From: Octopus sinensis
Lineage: Eukaryota
Length of the DNA stretch: 64,000 nucleotides
Direction of reading: 5' to 3'
NCBI RefSeq assembly: GCF_006345805.1
Contig: NC_043008.1
Coordinates: forward strand, 13,950,001 to 14,014,000
The notes under the pieces are model-generated. The model was not told the origin of the DNA. It saw only the letters and a list, made by a program, of their open reading frames with translations, and made no database searches. Positions 40,314 through 54,210 of the stretch are shown here, one piece after another. The stretch's first letter is position 1; every line of letters begins with the position of its first letter. The position numbers were made by a program, and so were the translations under genes.

Positions 40314-42209
40314 TATGTTTCTTTATTAGCCACACAGGGCTGCACACAGATAGACAAATTACAAGGTAGAGCTTTTCTTTTGAAGGTTTAAAAAAAAAAA
40401 AAAAGGAAGGGGGAGTTTCGATCAAAAGGGATCGTAAAAGGAGAGAAAGAGGACAAAAAAAGGGGGGGTTAAAAAAAAAAAAGGGGTAGAGGAAAAAAAA
40501 ATTGATCAATAGGGATCGTTATCACAGAAATGTCAATATGAGTGTAAAGGGGAGGACAGGTGAGGTTTACCCGTGGAAAAAAGCCTACGGAAAAGACCAC
40601 GGTAACCTCGGTCAATGAAGTCACATTTTATATTTCTTTTTTTTTTTTTTTTTTTTTTGCAAATAAGCAAACTCTCTGTTTTCGATTTCTGGGTTCATAG
40701 GACTATGCTCAAGGTGCTTCGTCATTCATACGTGCCATTCTTGCTACTTCACCCATCTTTTTTTAAAACATTCGCTAGACAAAACTTGCCTCTCTACTCT
40801 CACTTTCCTTTTCAAGTGGTACTTGAAGAAGTTGATGAGAGATTGACCAGAGAGGAAAGTGTTTGTCTCCAATCCTTTCAGACGCGTCCACCAGATACAT
40901 TCTTTCGCCATAGCCACAAGGATGATGAAAATAGCTCTTCCTTCCCGTTTGAGGAGGAGGCGTGACAATATTGACGATAGACTCAGCTGATAAACCGACT
41001 CGTCCCACACGTGACAGCAGTTGTTCGACATAAGCCCACAGGTCGGAAATTGTTGGACAGTGAACGAGTGCGTGCAGAACGGTTTCGTCGCTCTGACCGC
41101 ATCTCGGGCAGGTCGGCCCCGTGTTTCTCGAGCCGTGTCTGTAGAGCTTATCCCGACGGGTAGCGCTTCTCGGTAGCACTGCCAGGCCAGGGATCTCTGG
41201 AAGTTGTCCACGGCGCCCTGGCCCGAAAGTCGTCCCGAACAGGCGGGTCAGGTACTCCTCGTCGACGTCCAGGTTCGCCCCGAGCTCGTCGTCGTACCTC
41301 CCCTCCACTAAACCCCTATAGAATGCTTTGGTTGTGTTGAAGTCACTTAAGGTCGACCCAGGACGGCAGAGTTGCTTGAGAACAACGCGACACTCGCGGT
41401 GCCATTCGCCCTTCCTCGGCCTCTTTTTGATCCACGACTGCAGTTCGGTCATGGAGACGAGCTGCGGGAAAGCGTGCCTCACAAACGGCGACCACACCTG
41501 TTCGCGTCGTCTACATAGAGCCAGAGATGTCGCAGTCTCAGCGCGTGTCTGCGCATCATCATCAACCACGGCATGCCCAGCCTCCCTTTTAACGGGTGTT
41601 GACAGCAAATGGATCGCCTGACCATCGGGACGCATCCTTTCCACAAGAAGCGAAAGAGGATGCGTTGTAGTTGGTGATGGTAGGGTCGGGACAAGGTACG
41701 ACGGTCAGGCGGTAGTAGATGACGGACGCGATGTACGTGTTCGCCACCTCCGCTCGACCTTTTAGGGACAGTTTCCTCTCGGCCCATTGCCGGCGAGAGT
41801 GACCACCCTACCTCGTTATCTCGTTCCAGTTCTTCTCCACTTGGAGGTCCGGACCGAACCAGACCCCGAGCAACTCAACCGGGCCGTCGGTCCAGCGTCC
41901 CACGACGGAGGCGCTGGTGGGACGGAGGGCCGGTGCCTAGTCGCAAGCCCACTGCTTTTCCCGGTTGATTTTCGCTCCTGTCACCGCTTCGTAGTTTTTC
42001 AGTGTCTCGCCGACCAGCTCGATGTGCTCGTGGCTAGACACTATGACGGTGACGTCGTCCGCGTATGCAGACACGCTCGTCCCGCATCCCAATTCTCGCG
42101 GGATGCCCCTTAGAGTCGCCAGCTTCCGCAGTAGTGGCTCAAGAGTCAATACGTATAGAAGCGCCGAGAGGGGGCATCCCTGACGGACCGAACGTGCAAT
42201 GTCGAAAGG
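40314..42209 (-). mobile_element. 5'-truncated Tx1-type (L1 group) non-LTR retrotransposon with frameshifts
   Basis: RT motifs SVRQGCPLS and AYADD, NYEAVTGAKINREK, KLSLKGRAEV, FRFLWKG, and a C-terminal CPRC..ETVLHALVHC zinc knuckle. 3' UTR with AATAAA at 40327-40322. A GC-rich island in the window. Confidence 0.92.
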
Positions 42210-42749
42210 TATTTTGAATTCTGTATGTTTGATCAACTGGCAGACGCTCGGAGGGAAAGGAAATCAATTTGACAAGGCATAAGTATCAGGAGAGAAAATC
42301 TACTGACAGAAAAAGAAATGAAGAAGAATTTTAAAACAGAGAATCTTCTTAAAATAAAGTGGGGGAAAGTAATGAGAGCGTTAAAAGATGGCGCCAAGAT
42401 TACTTTCTTCGGAAGAATTAAAGCTAGAATGAAAGACGTTTATTTAAGCCAATCGGTGCCACGATTCTATATTTCCATATGGAACATTATTCTTACTGAC
42501 TTCTTGATTGTGTAGATCCATTGAAAGCAGATGTGCTAGTCACTGACAGGTAGGTAATAGAGTTATTATGGAAAACAAAGTCGTTGGCCTCGTATATGTC
42601 CTAGAATACTATGTGTATGTTCGCAAAACGTGTCAATGATGCGATGACACTCTCCCCCAATATAAAGGACACCATAAATTCTATAACTACAAATGATGCA
42701 CTATACGCTATTAATAGATATGTAGCAAAAAGCACTTTGTCCGATGTGA

Positions 42750-42966
42750 TACAAGGGGGTGCTGAAAGTCTCTGGTTTTGGATAAAATAATATACAGGCG
42801 GATTTGTTCATTACGATTTTATTGAACGTATTTCCCTCTCAGACTCACACACTTATAAAGCGGTTCTTCAGATTTACTAAGTCCTGTAAAAGAACTCGGA
42901 GGTTTGGGCTTCCGGCCTAGCCTTTCACGATACCATTAAAGTCAGGAACTCTTTAGCACCCCGTCG
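42750..42966 (-). mobile_element. Mariner-type MITE, same family as 8149-8336
   Basis: TIRs GGGGGTGCTGAAAG... and ...CAGGAACTCTTTAGCACCCC. Internal part is inverted relative to the 8149 copy. Confidence 0.7.
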
Positions 42967-43736
42967 AATATGACTAACGATCGGTAACATATCGTGGTGT
43001 TGGTGATGTAAATATACGTACTACATCACCGTCGAATGCACTAAAGTGTACCAGGTCCCGTGAGGCTGTATACCATTAAAATTGCAAGAGTTTTACGGGC
43101 TCCCCACTTTGTTGAGGCATAAATATCAGCATGGTTGTGTGGCGAACGAATAGAATTTGGATGTTACGGATGAGTATGCTCTTCAATAGAAGAATAGATG
43201 CTTAGAATGGTACAAAATTGTATTATTTTATATTTAGGATTTTAGAAAATGATTTGCGATATATTTCTGTCCATATGAGTACTTTCTTGCTTTGTAATTC
43301 TAGCAAAGTCTTTTTCCGGAACTTGCGAGGAGGATTGACCAAACTGTTTTCATTATGGTTTGCCAAATTATAGAATTGCTCCGATGAATTTTTGGCGTTA
43401 ATCACAAGAAAAAAATGTCATTATTGATAAAATAGTTCCAAAGTGTTATCTGTCTCTTATGGCTCCAGTGCAAAAGGAATCATGCTTGATTCTTCAGCAA
43501 AATTATTTTCATCACCTGGCTGGTAAAGCAAATTAATTAATACCTTGTAGAATATATATACATACAATATTTTGAATATAGTCCTGTGAGAAAATTTCCA
43601 TCATCGATAATATTTGTGAAGGAAAATACGAAAACACAACATCTATGTGTACATGGACCAGTTAATGCAATATATACGTCTACACATATATATTGCATTC
43701 AACGCTGTTTCGTGCGGTCCCAGTGTATTTGTTTTA

Positions 43737-44137
43737 ATAGCTTGCTTACGAACCACATGGTTCTGGGTTCAGCCCCACTGCGTGGCACCTTAGGCAACTG
43801 TCTTCTACTATAGCCTCGGGATGACCAAAGCCTTGTAAGTGGATTTGGTAGACGGAAACTGAAAGAAGCCCGTCGTATATATATATGTATATATATATAT
43901 ATATATGTATGTGTATGTTTGTGTGTCTGTGTTTGTCCCTCCAACATCGCTTGACAACCGATGCTGGTGTGTTTACATCCCCGTAATTTAACGGTTCGGC
44001 CGAAAGAGAAACCGATAAATTAAGTACTAAGCTTACAAAGAATAAGTCCTGGTGTCGATTTGTTCGACCAAAGTCGGTGCTCCAGCATGGCTGGCCGTAG
44101 TCAAATGACTGAAACAAGTAAAAATGGTAAAAAGAGT
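43737..44137 (+). mobile_element. Family B SINE lacking the extreme 5' end
   Basis: Close match to the 24235 and 27836 copies. Confidence 0.92.
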
Positions 44138-45288
44138 ATCAGTAATTTTATAGTCTTGTAAATAAGAGCACCCCTTATTATAGGGCTGTAAACGACTGAA
44201 TCAATATTCATCGCTGATGAAGTGTAACCACGCACAACTCACGCATCCTAAGAATCGATGATGTTATTCATAGAGCAATTATGCGTCTTCCCATGTATTC
44301 TCGATGGCGAAAATTTTCCTCAAGAGACGATAACAGCAGTGAAAATTTTACCACGTTCGAATGCGCAAAAACGTGTTAAATATGATTGCATTCATATGTA
44401 CTTCATTCAACGCTAATTCGTTCGTCTCCACTTAGTGTTGCATTACATTTCATTATCCTTTCTATATGTATATATCAATCAATTATTATAACTAATAATT
44501 ACGTGATAGATTTAATTTAATTTAATTTAATATCTTTGATCTTTTATTAATCTTATTATGCTTAAATCTATTTCCATGGAAAAATATATGCTATATTATT
44601 TTAATACTTGAATCATTTTGTATTTGGTAATTAATTATGATCTTTAATATCATTTCATAAATATCTTACAATATATAGTCAATTTAATACAACGTTAGGT
44701 TTTCACAATTTCAATAGTTTGACATTATGCAAATAGATTCTTGTTAAATAGTGATTCATATACAAGAAACCGCTTTAGTTTACTAATTATAATGATATAG
44801 AGTACACTGCAGTAGTAGTAACAGAAATAATTGCAACGAAATTTAATTGCAACAGAAGCAGCAAGCACAAATTCTACCTTAATACGTTTCTGTCAAATAT
44901 ATATTGTACTTCTCTTTTATAATAAAAATTTGTTAGCTATATTACGATAATAATAATAAATTACTTGAGGATTCAACTAGATTTATATACAAAATTCGCT
45001 CAACAGCAGCTAAAAATCTTAACTAGAAAAATGAAACAAAATAATGTATCTCCACATATTGCTTTTTTATTAAAGACGCTACAAGGAGTATTCATTATTA
45101 ACAGAATACATGTTCTCAGAAATATATTTTCTTCAACTCGGTAAATTACATATGTGCAGTACTAAGTTGTTCAGTTCACACAGAAGAATAGTCCTCTGGG
45201 TATTTCCTTAAACTGAATTATTAATATTCTTAAAGCAGTACCATTACATTATATCTAATGTGATATAGGTATATATGTGATATAGGTA

Positions 45289-45330
<42 letters not shown>

Positions 45331-45660
45331 TAGATAGATAGATAGATAGTAGATAGATAGATAGATAAATGAATAAATAAAAAATGGACTTGAACGAAGA
45401 TGTTAATAAAATTCTTTTACTTTCGACATATGTTTCGAAGACAACATGGTTTTATTACAAAGGAATAAACGGTGTACAATTGATTTATTCATTTATAACA
45501 CACAAATTATTGCACATTAACCCGGAGTTTCTACCTTTGGATAGGTCGCTTAAACTGCGTTTCTGACGTGAATGTTGCTACCCTGGTCACGGTTTATTGA
45601 ATTTTCCATGTTAACGGTAAACATAGGATAATTCATTATTCCATTTAAATATATGTAGGT

Positions 45661-45691
<31 letters not shown>

Positions 45692-45692
45692 T

Positions 45693-45940
45693 ACGGAGAT
45701 GTACTTGCCTAGCAAGTGACCTAATCTGAGATAATGTGCTGGAACGAATATAATTGTAGCGTAGAAGGTGCTTATAAGCCATTTAAGATGCAGCATGGAA
45801 TTTTGTCAGTGAACAGGCCGCGGTCTCAAAGCGACCAAAATATTTTCACAAATAAATTTAAATATTGAAGTGAATCTAACGGATTTTGAGTGTTGTTCCT
45901 TAAATGGCTTATAACACATTCACGCTGCCCCCAATTGATT
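45693..45940 (+). mobile_element. Long-TIR MITE between (TA)n tracts
   Basis: Left TIR ACGGAGATGTACTTGCCTAGCAAGTGACC...ATAAGCCATTTAAG; right TIR truncated (CTTAAATGGCTTATAA...CAATTG). Confidence 0.75.
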
Positions 45941-45967
45941 ATATATATATACATATATATATATGTA

Positions 45968-46038
<71 letters not shown>

Positions 46039-46694
46039 AGTATATATAGCGGAGTTATTTTATTCTACATGAGTGGAAAATATAGGAAAAACAGAAAATG
46101 CACGGAGAATAGTTGAAATATTTTTATTAATATATTGACAACTTTAACCGGTTTCACTGTTTACGTTGATTTTCAAAAGTTGAAATAGAAAGACGTGGCT
46201 TATGTCACAGCTGTCTTGCTTCTGGACTAGTATTTGAAGCTTGCTCTATTTTCATTGGGAATTCATCGCTCAATTTACTATGTTTTGCATAGGATTTGAT
46301 TCGTAGAAGATAATCACATGACTGGTCTTAGTAATTTTGTTGGTTCCACACTACGTTCATGTGTTAGTATCAAGTGACAATGTCTGGCGTCGTAAGTTAA
46401 GGCTGACAAACAGTCAGTGCTGTGAAAAACCAGTCATTTGATTATCACCGAACAATCAAATTCTATTCAGAACATTTACTATGTACTTCGACAGCAGAGT
46501 GAGTATAGAGATTCTAGGATAGAAGACGATAAAGATTGAATGGAATTATAACATGAGTATTAGAACCAGTGGTCATTAGAGAAACAGCTGTCATTCTAAT
46601 AGCACATCTTTCATGTGATTAGGAAGCAAGCTTTTTTCCACGCAACCACTTCTGGTCTGTACACAGCTACATTCTATAGAAATTATCAGCACAG

Positions 46695-46728
<34 letters not shown>

Positions 46729-46804
46729 GTATATATATATATATATTATATATATATAATGTGAAATGTGGGTATACCTCGTTCAGAGATTTATTATATA
46801 TGTG

Positions 46805-46842
<38 letters not shown>

Positions 46843-46970
46843 CATATTATATTTTGTGAAATTTGATTTAGTATTTCTAAATTGAATTTTTCCTTGTAAG
46901 TTTTAAATAATAGTCCTCGTATTATTATTATTATTATTATATATTATTATTATTATTATTATTATTATTA

Positions 46971-47003
<33 letters not shown>

Positions 47004-47865
47004 TATATTATTATTATTAATATTTTTATTTATTATCTATATATATATATAATAATATATATATATTATATATATATATAATATATAATTCTGATATCCC
47101 TAGAATGAAATCGGCTAATTTCAGAATGTTATTCTTTGATTGTATTAAACATGCGAGACACCGCTATATTTGTATTTAATATAGAGAACACGCTTCTGAG
47201 GTACTGCCCTTGAGTATTATTTTAAAAACAAAAACAGAAATTTATCAATTTACGTTGCCCTGAAAATAAATATAACATAATTATGTATTCATGTATTTAT
47301 TTTATGTCATATCACACACACATAGACGCGAGCAGAGCACATATGAAGAAACACACACATACGCACACACACGATCTTGAAACCTATCGTAAAATGGTAG
47401 AGATGAATTTCATTCTGCCAATCTCCCAACTTAAGCTGCTAGAGTTTTAATACCATTAGGATTAGGCGGTTGACAGCCTTCACTAAAATCGTTTATTTAT
47501 TTTGTAGGTTCAACTAATGTTTGTCTCTATCAAGTATGATTTTATAATTGAAAAAATATTGATATTTGCCACAGTAGATGAATAAATATGTTGAGTTTGT
47601 ATTTTTCAGCAATGCAATCAGAGGCGAGATTTAAACACGAGAAATAAATTAAAAAATAAACAAAAGAATATTCCAATAAAATGATTTATCGTTTACTTGT
47701 TTTAATTATATATTTTCTTATGATAAGAGCTTAAAATAATAACAGGAATTTAACTTCGAAGACAGAGTTGAAGAATTGCCAAACAATGGCTTATTTGTGA
47801 TATGGATGAGAAAGATGAGCTATTAGAATGTCAGATGTTTCTCTAATGACCACTGAGAAAAATAA

Positions 47866-48118
47866 ATAAATGCGCCCTTTTAAGGCCTAGCTACGCACAT
47901 GGGCCCGGTTCCCCGGTTTCTATGGAGTATGTGTTCCCCAGCTGGACGGGACGCCAGTTCATCCCAGCCTTACTCATTTTTGCCAGCTGAGTGGACTGGA
48001 TCAACGTGAAATGGAGTGTTTTGCTCAAGACCACAACGCGTCGCCCGGTCCAGGAATGGAAACCACAACTTTACGATCATGATGCTGACACCCTAACCTC
48101 TAAGCCACGCGCCTCCAC
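47866..48118 (-). mobile_element. tRNA-headed SINE, family E
   Basis: Head GTGGAGGCGCGTGGCTTAGAGGTTAGGGTG; body with CTTGAGCAAAACAC and ACTGGCGTCCCGTCCAG. Confidence 0.75.
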
Positions 48119-48282
48119 ACTGGCACTAATACTCATGCTATAATTCCATTTTCTCTTTGTGTTCTGTCTCAGAACATCTGTACACACTCTGCCTCAGTTT
48201 GTTGTCCTAAAGAAGGAACCATTTCTATTCCAAAATTGATTGGTTTGAAGTAAGACGATCTTTATTTGAACTGCCAATCTGG

Positions 48283-48314
48283 CAACTGTAAACCTACTTT
48301 TGGGCCACCTTGTA
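48283..48314 (-). mobile_element. Possible solo Tc1/mariner-type terminal repeat
   Basis: TACAAGGTGGCCCAAAAGTAGGTTTACAGTTG resembles TA-CAGGGTGGCCC-type ends. No partner end found. Confidence 0.35.
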
Positions 48315-49564
48315 CAATAGTGATTTTGATCAGTGTATTGAACTCTCCCAAGCCTTTTGTGCCAGACTGTGTGACCAGTATACTTGATAACAGACATCAT
48401 AAGCATCCATTTTGGCCAACATCTCAACAGAACTACTAACACATTTTGAAACACATGTCTATCACATTCCAGGTTAATGTAATCCAAAATACACTATAGA
48501 AAGTCCAATATGATTTGCATCAATACCTTAGCAGCTACTTTATGTCTCATAGGATTATTTGTGACTAAAATTCTGAGTTGAAATTGTATTCAGCATAACA
48601 CTGCTTGGTAAATTATATAAAATAGATTAAGAAAATTAATTTATGCATGATGTAAAAGAAAAAAAAACACCAATTTCGTGCAATTTCTAATCTCTACCTC
48701 TTAGAATTTAAAATGCATGATATTCAAAAATGACTAACAGAACAGCTGAAGAACATCAGTTTGTATTACTCAAGCATACATTTGGATTCTCCAATATTCT
48801 TAACCGACATCATGCTTAACTTAACTGCAATATTTTACTGTTCACATAGTTATAGATTAAAAATAAAATAAAATGCGATAAACAAGCAAAACTGCTAACC
48901 ATTAACCTGATATAAACTTCCCTAAAGCGAAAATAGTTATATAAGATATTCATCAGACAAAACAGAAACATCAAACGTAAAAGTATACCATAAAATAAAA
49001 ATACAAAATGCATTGTAAAATTTTGTAGATTAGCTTGACAAATAAGCAAAGAAACAAAAAAATATAAATCGTCATTGCCAACATTGCCATCATCATCATT
49101 ATCCTCATCATTAGGAATATCTACTTCACCAAAAGCACAATCATCAATATTTATGTCTTTTTGTTTTGGAGGACATTTTTTTCTGTGTGTATTTTACCTT
49201 TGTGTAATAGTAATACATGTTAGGAGATGTGCTGTAAATATTTTTCTGACTGCTCTCAAAGCTATGTGAATGTAAAATTAGATTTTTAAAAAAATTGTTT
49301 TCTTTGGTTTAGCTTTACACATGCCAATAGCAATTTTAGTAAATATATATTCTTTATTTGATATTTTTACACAAAATATTTGGTGTTTACATACTTTGAC
49401 TGCCACATCAGCATAAACAACACTCTCAATGATTTCCTTTACTCACTGATTAACATTCGTTCGTTGGTAATGATAGAATGGATATTATTGACCAGTCCTT
49501 CGCGTGTCTATGATTCTTTCACCTGATACGATTGCTTACAGAATGCTGTACAGCGAAAGAATGG

Positions 49565-49945
49565 TTGCGTGGTAAGACGTTTGATTCTAGACTACATGGC
49601 TCCTGGTTCAGTCCCAATGCGTAGCAGCTTGGACAAATGGTTTCTAATATAGCTTCAAGCCAGCCAAAGTTGAATGAGTGGATTTGGTAGACGGAAACTG
49701 AAAGAATTGCGTCGCATATACAGTATATATATATGTGTGTGACTGTCTGTCTATTTCTCTCTCGGTTTGTCTGTGTCTTTCCGCTTATATTCGTTCCACC
49801 ACCACCACTTGATAAATAATGTTGATGTGACCGATATAATAATTACATTTTTTTTAAATAAAAAAGCAGAGAGTTTGATTCATTCGACCAAAATTCTTCA
49901 AAGTGGTTCCCCAAGATGGCCACAGTCTAATAACTGAAACAGATA
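49565..49945 (+). mobile_element. Decayed family B SINE
   Basis: Contains GGATTTGGTAGACGGAAACTGAAAG and a diverged tail. Confidence 0.7.
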
Positions 49946-51441
49946 AAGGATAACTGCTCTAATGGACAACAATTTAAACAAGTCGAACATTGCATCCTGT
50001 TGCAAATAATTACTCTTAGATAAACTGCCATGATTTGTTTTTTATATAAAGTAGGCACTAGATTCTGGCACTTTAGAGTGACGTTTATAGCTTGTTCATA
50101 CACCCAATCGTTACCAGGTTGTTTACCACTTCTATGACTTCGATCATATAAGGTTCACATAATTTTTTTATAAAAAATTTGCCTGCGCTCTCCGTACATG
50201 ATTGTTAGCGACCTTATATTCTATTTTTCTTAGAGGTTTAGAATAGATAGAACATGGTTGCATACTAAAAAGCTCTTGTAGAATAGCAACTTCCTAATCT
50301 GACGGATCGCTTCTTTTAGGGGCCTGCTCTGGCAAAGTCCCATTGATTACGCTAATATATGTCACTGTTCTCCTTTTAAAATATGATATTTACGTGTCCC
50401 CTTAGCCATTTACTTTCTTTCCATACATACGTAATGTCTTTCATCTTCGAAATGCTGTCTATATCATGTAAACTCAGGCTGCCGTTTCGGAAAGATGCTT
50501 TTCCGCAGCTCTTAAGTATTTGCAAAGGAAAAATACATACAAACATGTGTGTGTGTGAATGTGTGTGTTGGTGTGTGTGTATATGTGTGTGTGTGTGTGC
50601 GTTTTTGTGTATATGTGCGTGTGTGTATGTAGTCGTTTTCCGATGTAGCTAAACGTGCTTGTACCCAAGTTTTATGCCTATAGTTGTGAATGTACTATCA
50701 TGTTCAAATGCTACCTATATAATCCTTTATTCTGAATAATGAATATTCTACAGATGTTTTGTTATTTCTCTCATGTATCTATCTTAGTATAATTTGTTCT
50801 AACAGAAAATCTAGTTTATAGTGAGCATCAATAATGCATCTTGGCATTGATACAGTTTTTCTCTTTAATATATATATATATACATATCTTTTTATTAAAA
50901 CAAGATACCTCAGAATCCTTAACCTCATTCAGCCCAACTACCCATTCTGGTCCCTCTAATTTCATGTGTCATACCTTGAACTAAAATTTCCTCCCTTTCT
51001 TTTCTATCTCAAACAAAAGCGAAACTAGAAACGTTTTACATATTCAGTGTAGTGAAATTCATAGATTCCTCCCTAAAAATCATAATAAAAAAAACACTTC
51101 AGTATTATTCATATGCTGTTGAACAATAAATGACATGAATTTACGTAGCAATGTGTACGTGCCCTCATGTATGCGCTTTAGATTCAAATCTAGATTTCAC
51201 TTTTCTTGAAGTTCTTTGTTTGAAATGTCAGGTTACTGACAAGTGCACTGAATTGTAGCCAGCCATGCCGACGTAAAATTCTTTCCTTAAAATAAAATTA
51301 TACCTATATATATATATATATATTATATATATATATAGTGAGAGAGAGAGAGAGAGATACGTAGACTGAAAGATGTAGATATAGATATGTGCGTATGTTT
51401 ACAAACATATATATGTGTGTATATATATATATATGAATACG

Positions 51442-51477
<36 letters not shown>

Positions 51478-51493
51478 TGGTGTAATGAAGTAG

Positions 51494-51552
<59 letters not shown>

Positions 51553-51754
51553 TGTTTACTTCATTACACCGAATTGAAGAAAAGTACGTCGCACTTCCTA
51601 ACTCAGTACTGAATATGGACATTAAAACCCTACATTGAATTGTTCAGCCTATTGTTCATTAATGTTTATAGAGCTATTCAATATAACAGGGTATTACAAT
51701 AGAAACATAAGATAGAATGAAATAGAATATAAAATATTTTTGCTTTTATCGAAA

Positions 51755-51833
<79 letters not shown>

Positions 51834-51862
51834 ATATATATATATTATATATATATATTAAT

Positions 51863-52004
<142 letters not shown>

Positions 52005-53019
52005 CTTACATACATATGCATATATATATATGTATATATATATCCTTATATTTATCAGATTTGGCAACAGTTTGATATGGCTAGCGCTGTGTGTTATTGA
52101 TTTCTCTAAAGCGAAATAGGGAAAATCTCTTCTCTGTTATCAAAGAAGCTTAAAACATCATTTTGTCTGCAAAGAATTTACACGTATATAATTATAATCT
52201 AAACTTTAATGTCATTTTATTTTTAACCAGTTATTCCCATTTACAGCTATTTCAAAAACATCTTATTTCTGGTCTGAAAAAAAAAAGGTCAAAAAAGATT
52301 TCACCAAAGGTTTGTCAAGTACACATTAGGTGAAACACTTATGTCTAAAAATAACGATATTTTACTGTAGTAATATAACAAAACAACTGATGTGGAAGTT
52401 GGAATCCTTGTGTGTCAAGAAATCAATATAGGCTGGGAAAAATAAATTCAGAAAAATATATTGGAAAGAAAAGAAATTAAATAGAATTAGGAGGAAAATG
52501 GTAGCTGTATTTAATTTATCAACTAGAAAATAAGAAGCTTGGATATATCTATTTAAGGTAACTATTTCTTTATAACGTATTCCCTACGCGATTTACAAAT
52601 CATGGATTACTGCATTGTTTTAATGACATAAACTTATTTAAAACAACTTTCACCATAGTTCATATGTTACACTTCTACTAAATAACACGAAATACACGTT
52701 TCTTATCAAAATTATATTCCACCGAGTGCAAGGATTTGTGTATTCTGGACCGCCTTCTACAGTACAACAATTATGTATATGGTTTTATTTTAAGCCTATA
52801 TATTCTAGTGACATTTGTGTCTATGCCCTCCTGAAGGGGATATTAGGAGGATACAACTAAAAATTAGCCTGTGTCGCCATAATTCTTCTTTCACTAAATA
52901 TAGTGGAATATACATCCAGCTTTTTTAAGGAAACGTTGGGTGATTTGGGGACTAATTTTCTTAACCCTGGGAAGAGAACACTAACTAATATTACTGCTGG
53001 TTTTATTACTAGATTCAAA

Positions 53020-53330
53020 TGGATTATTCATAAGTCAGTCAATTTCTATTACTGAATGTAGGCCAATAATGTAAGGGTCCGAATATCATGAGCTCGTAGG
53101 TAAAAACTGAGAGTTATGGTGGGTTGTTCCTTTGGGTATGAAAATTCGTTTCATGTTGTCCACTGTACTAGATTAAAATGAAACACGTATACTGTAAAGC
53201 GATGCCTCGTGGGCCAGAAACATTCCAAATGCAAGATGCCAAGCTCCATTTTTCACTTTACTCTGGATGAAACTCTCCTCTGTTTAGAGGTAAGTCTAGA
53301 GGTTTTTAAAGTACATCTATGTTTCAATCA
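53020..53330 (-). mobile_element. Possible decayed DIRS-type tyrosine recombinase fragment
   Basis: SFYLRAHDIRTLTLLAYIQ**KLTDL (RAHDIR at 53096-53079) resembles the HxxR box of DIRS recombinases. Many stops. Confidence 0.3.
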
Positions 53331-54174
53331 TTTCTTAACCAGGAAATTAATGGCAAATTGCCCGTCATAGGAAATAAGACTTTGAATAAATTTTCCGAAA
53401 AACTAATCGTCGTTTTAAAGTATTCCCTATACGCGTCATTAAACACAGTTAATTTCGATCAGTTTGCTATGAGGAGAATAATCCCCGCCATTTCTCTATT
53501 TTTATTAAACACAATGCATTCAAGTTGACTCCGTGAAATAATACCTACGCACTTCTATTGACTTCTATATCCTTTCATACACCACTAAATTTTGTGTAAC
53601 CATCAGTTTAGACTTATATGCAAATTTTATTAACATTTTAAATTTGGAAACGCGTTATTGGTCCAAGACTAACGGTAGCAGAGCGATGAAGGAACTCTCA
53701 CAAAGAGCAGCACTAACTTCTATAATGATACGGATGAAAATTTCCAAATTGGGAGATATCATTTAAGACGTGTGAATATTTCTGGAATATTAAAGTGTTA
53801 GATACTTTTATATAGAATATTTAAGCGTTTATTGCCACATTGGTAGAAAATCTTACTGGAATTGAAAAATTACCGTCCTTAAATGGGGATTGACAAAATG
53901 AAGAATTCGGAAAAAGAAAAAGCCAGCTTTGTATCTGTAATTGCCTAAGCAAATATGCGGCAGTGAAGCAAATAATTACTAGGAAAGTAAAGAAGGAAAG
54001 CCTATTTCCATTTTGTAATAAGCTAATTACTGTCTTCAGAATCGGAATGAAATCTTCATTTTCGTTTCGAAACTCTTCTGGCATCCTGAAGTTGCAAAGT
54101 GTGTTTCAATTAAATTGAATAACTTAAAACATTATATCCATAAGTATGCGTGTGCGCTATACATGCAGGCATAT

Positions 54175-54210
<36 letters not shown>

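Noticed and set aside
52840-52900. Minus-strand NYGDTG resembling the DNA polymerase B YGDTDS motif
   Set aside because: Partial motif surrounded by stops, with no other PolB motifs.
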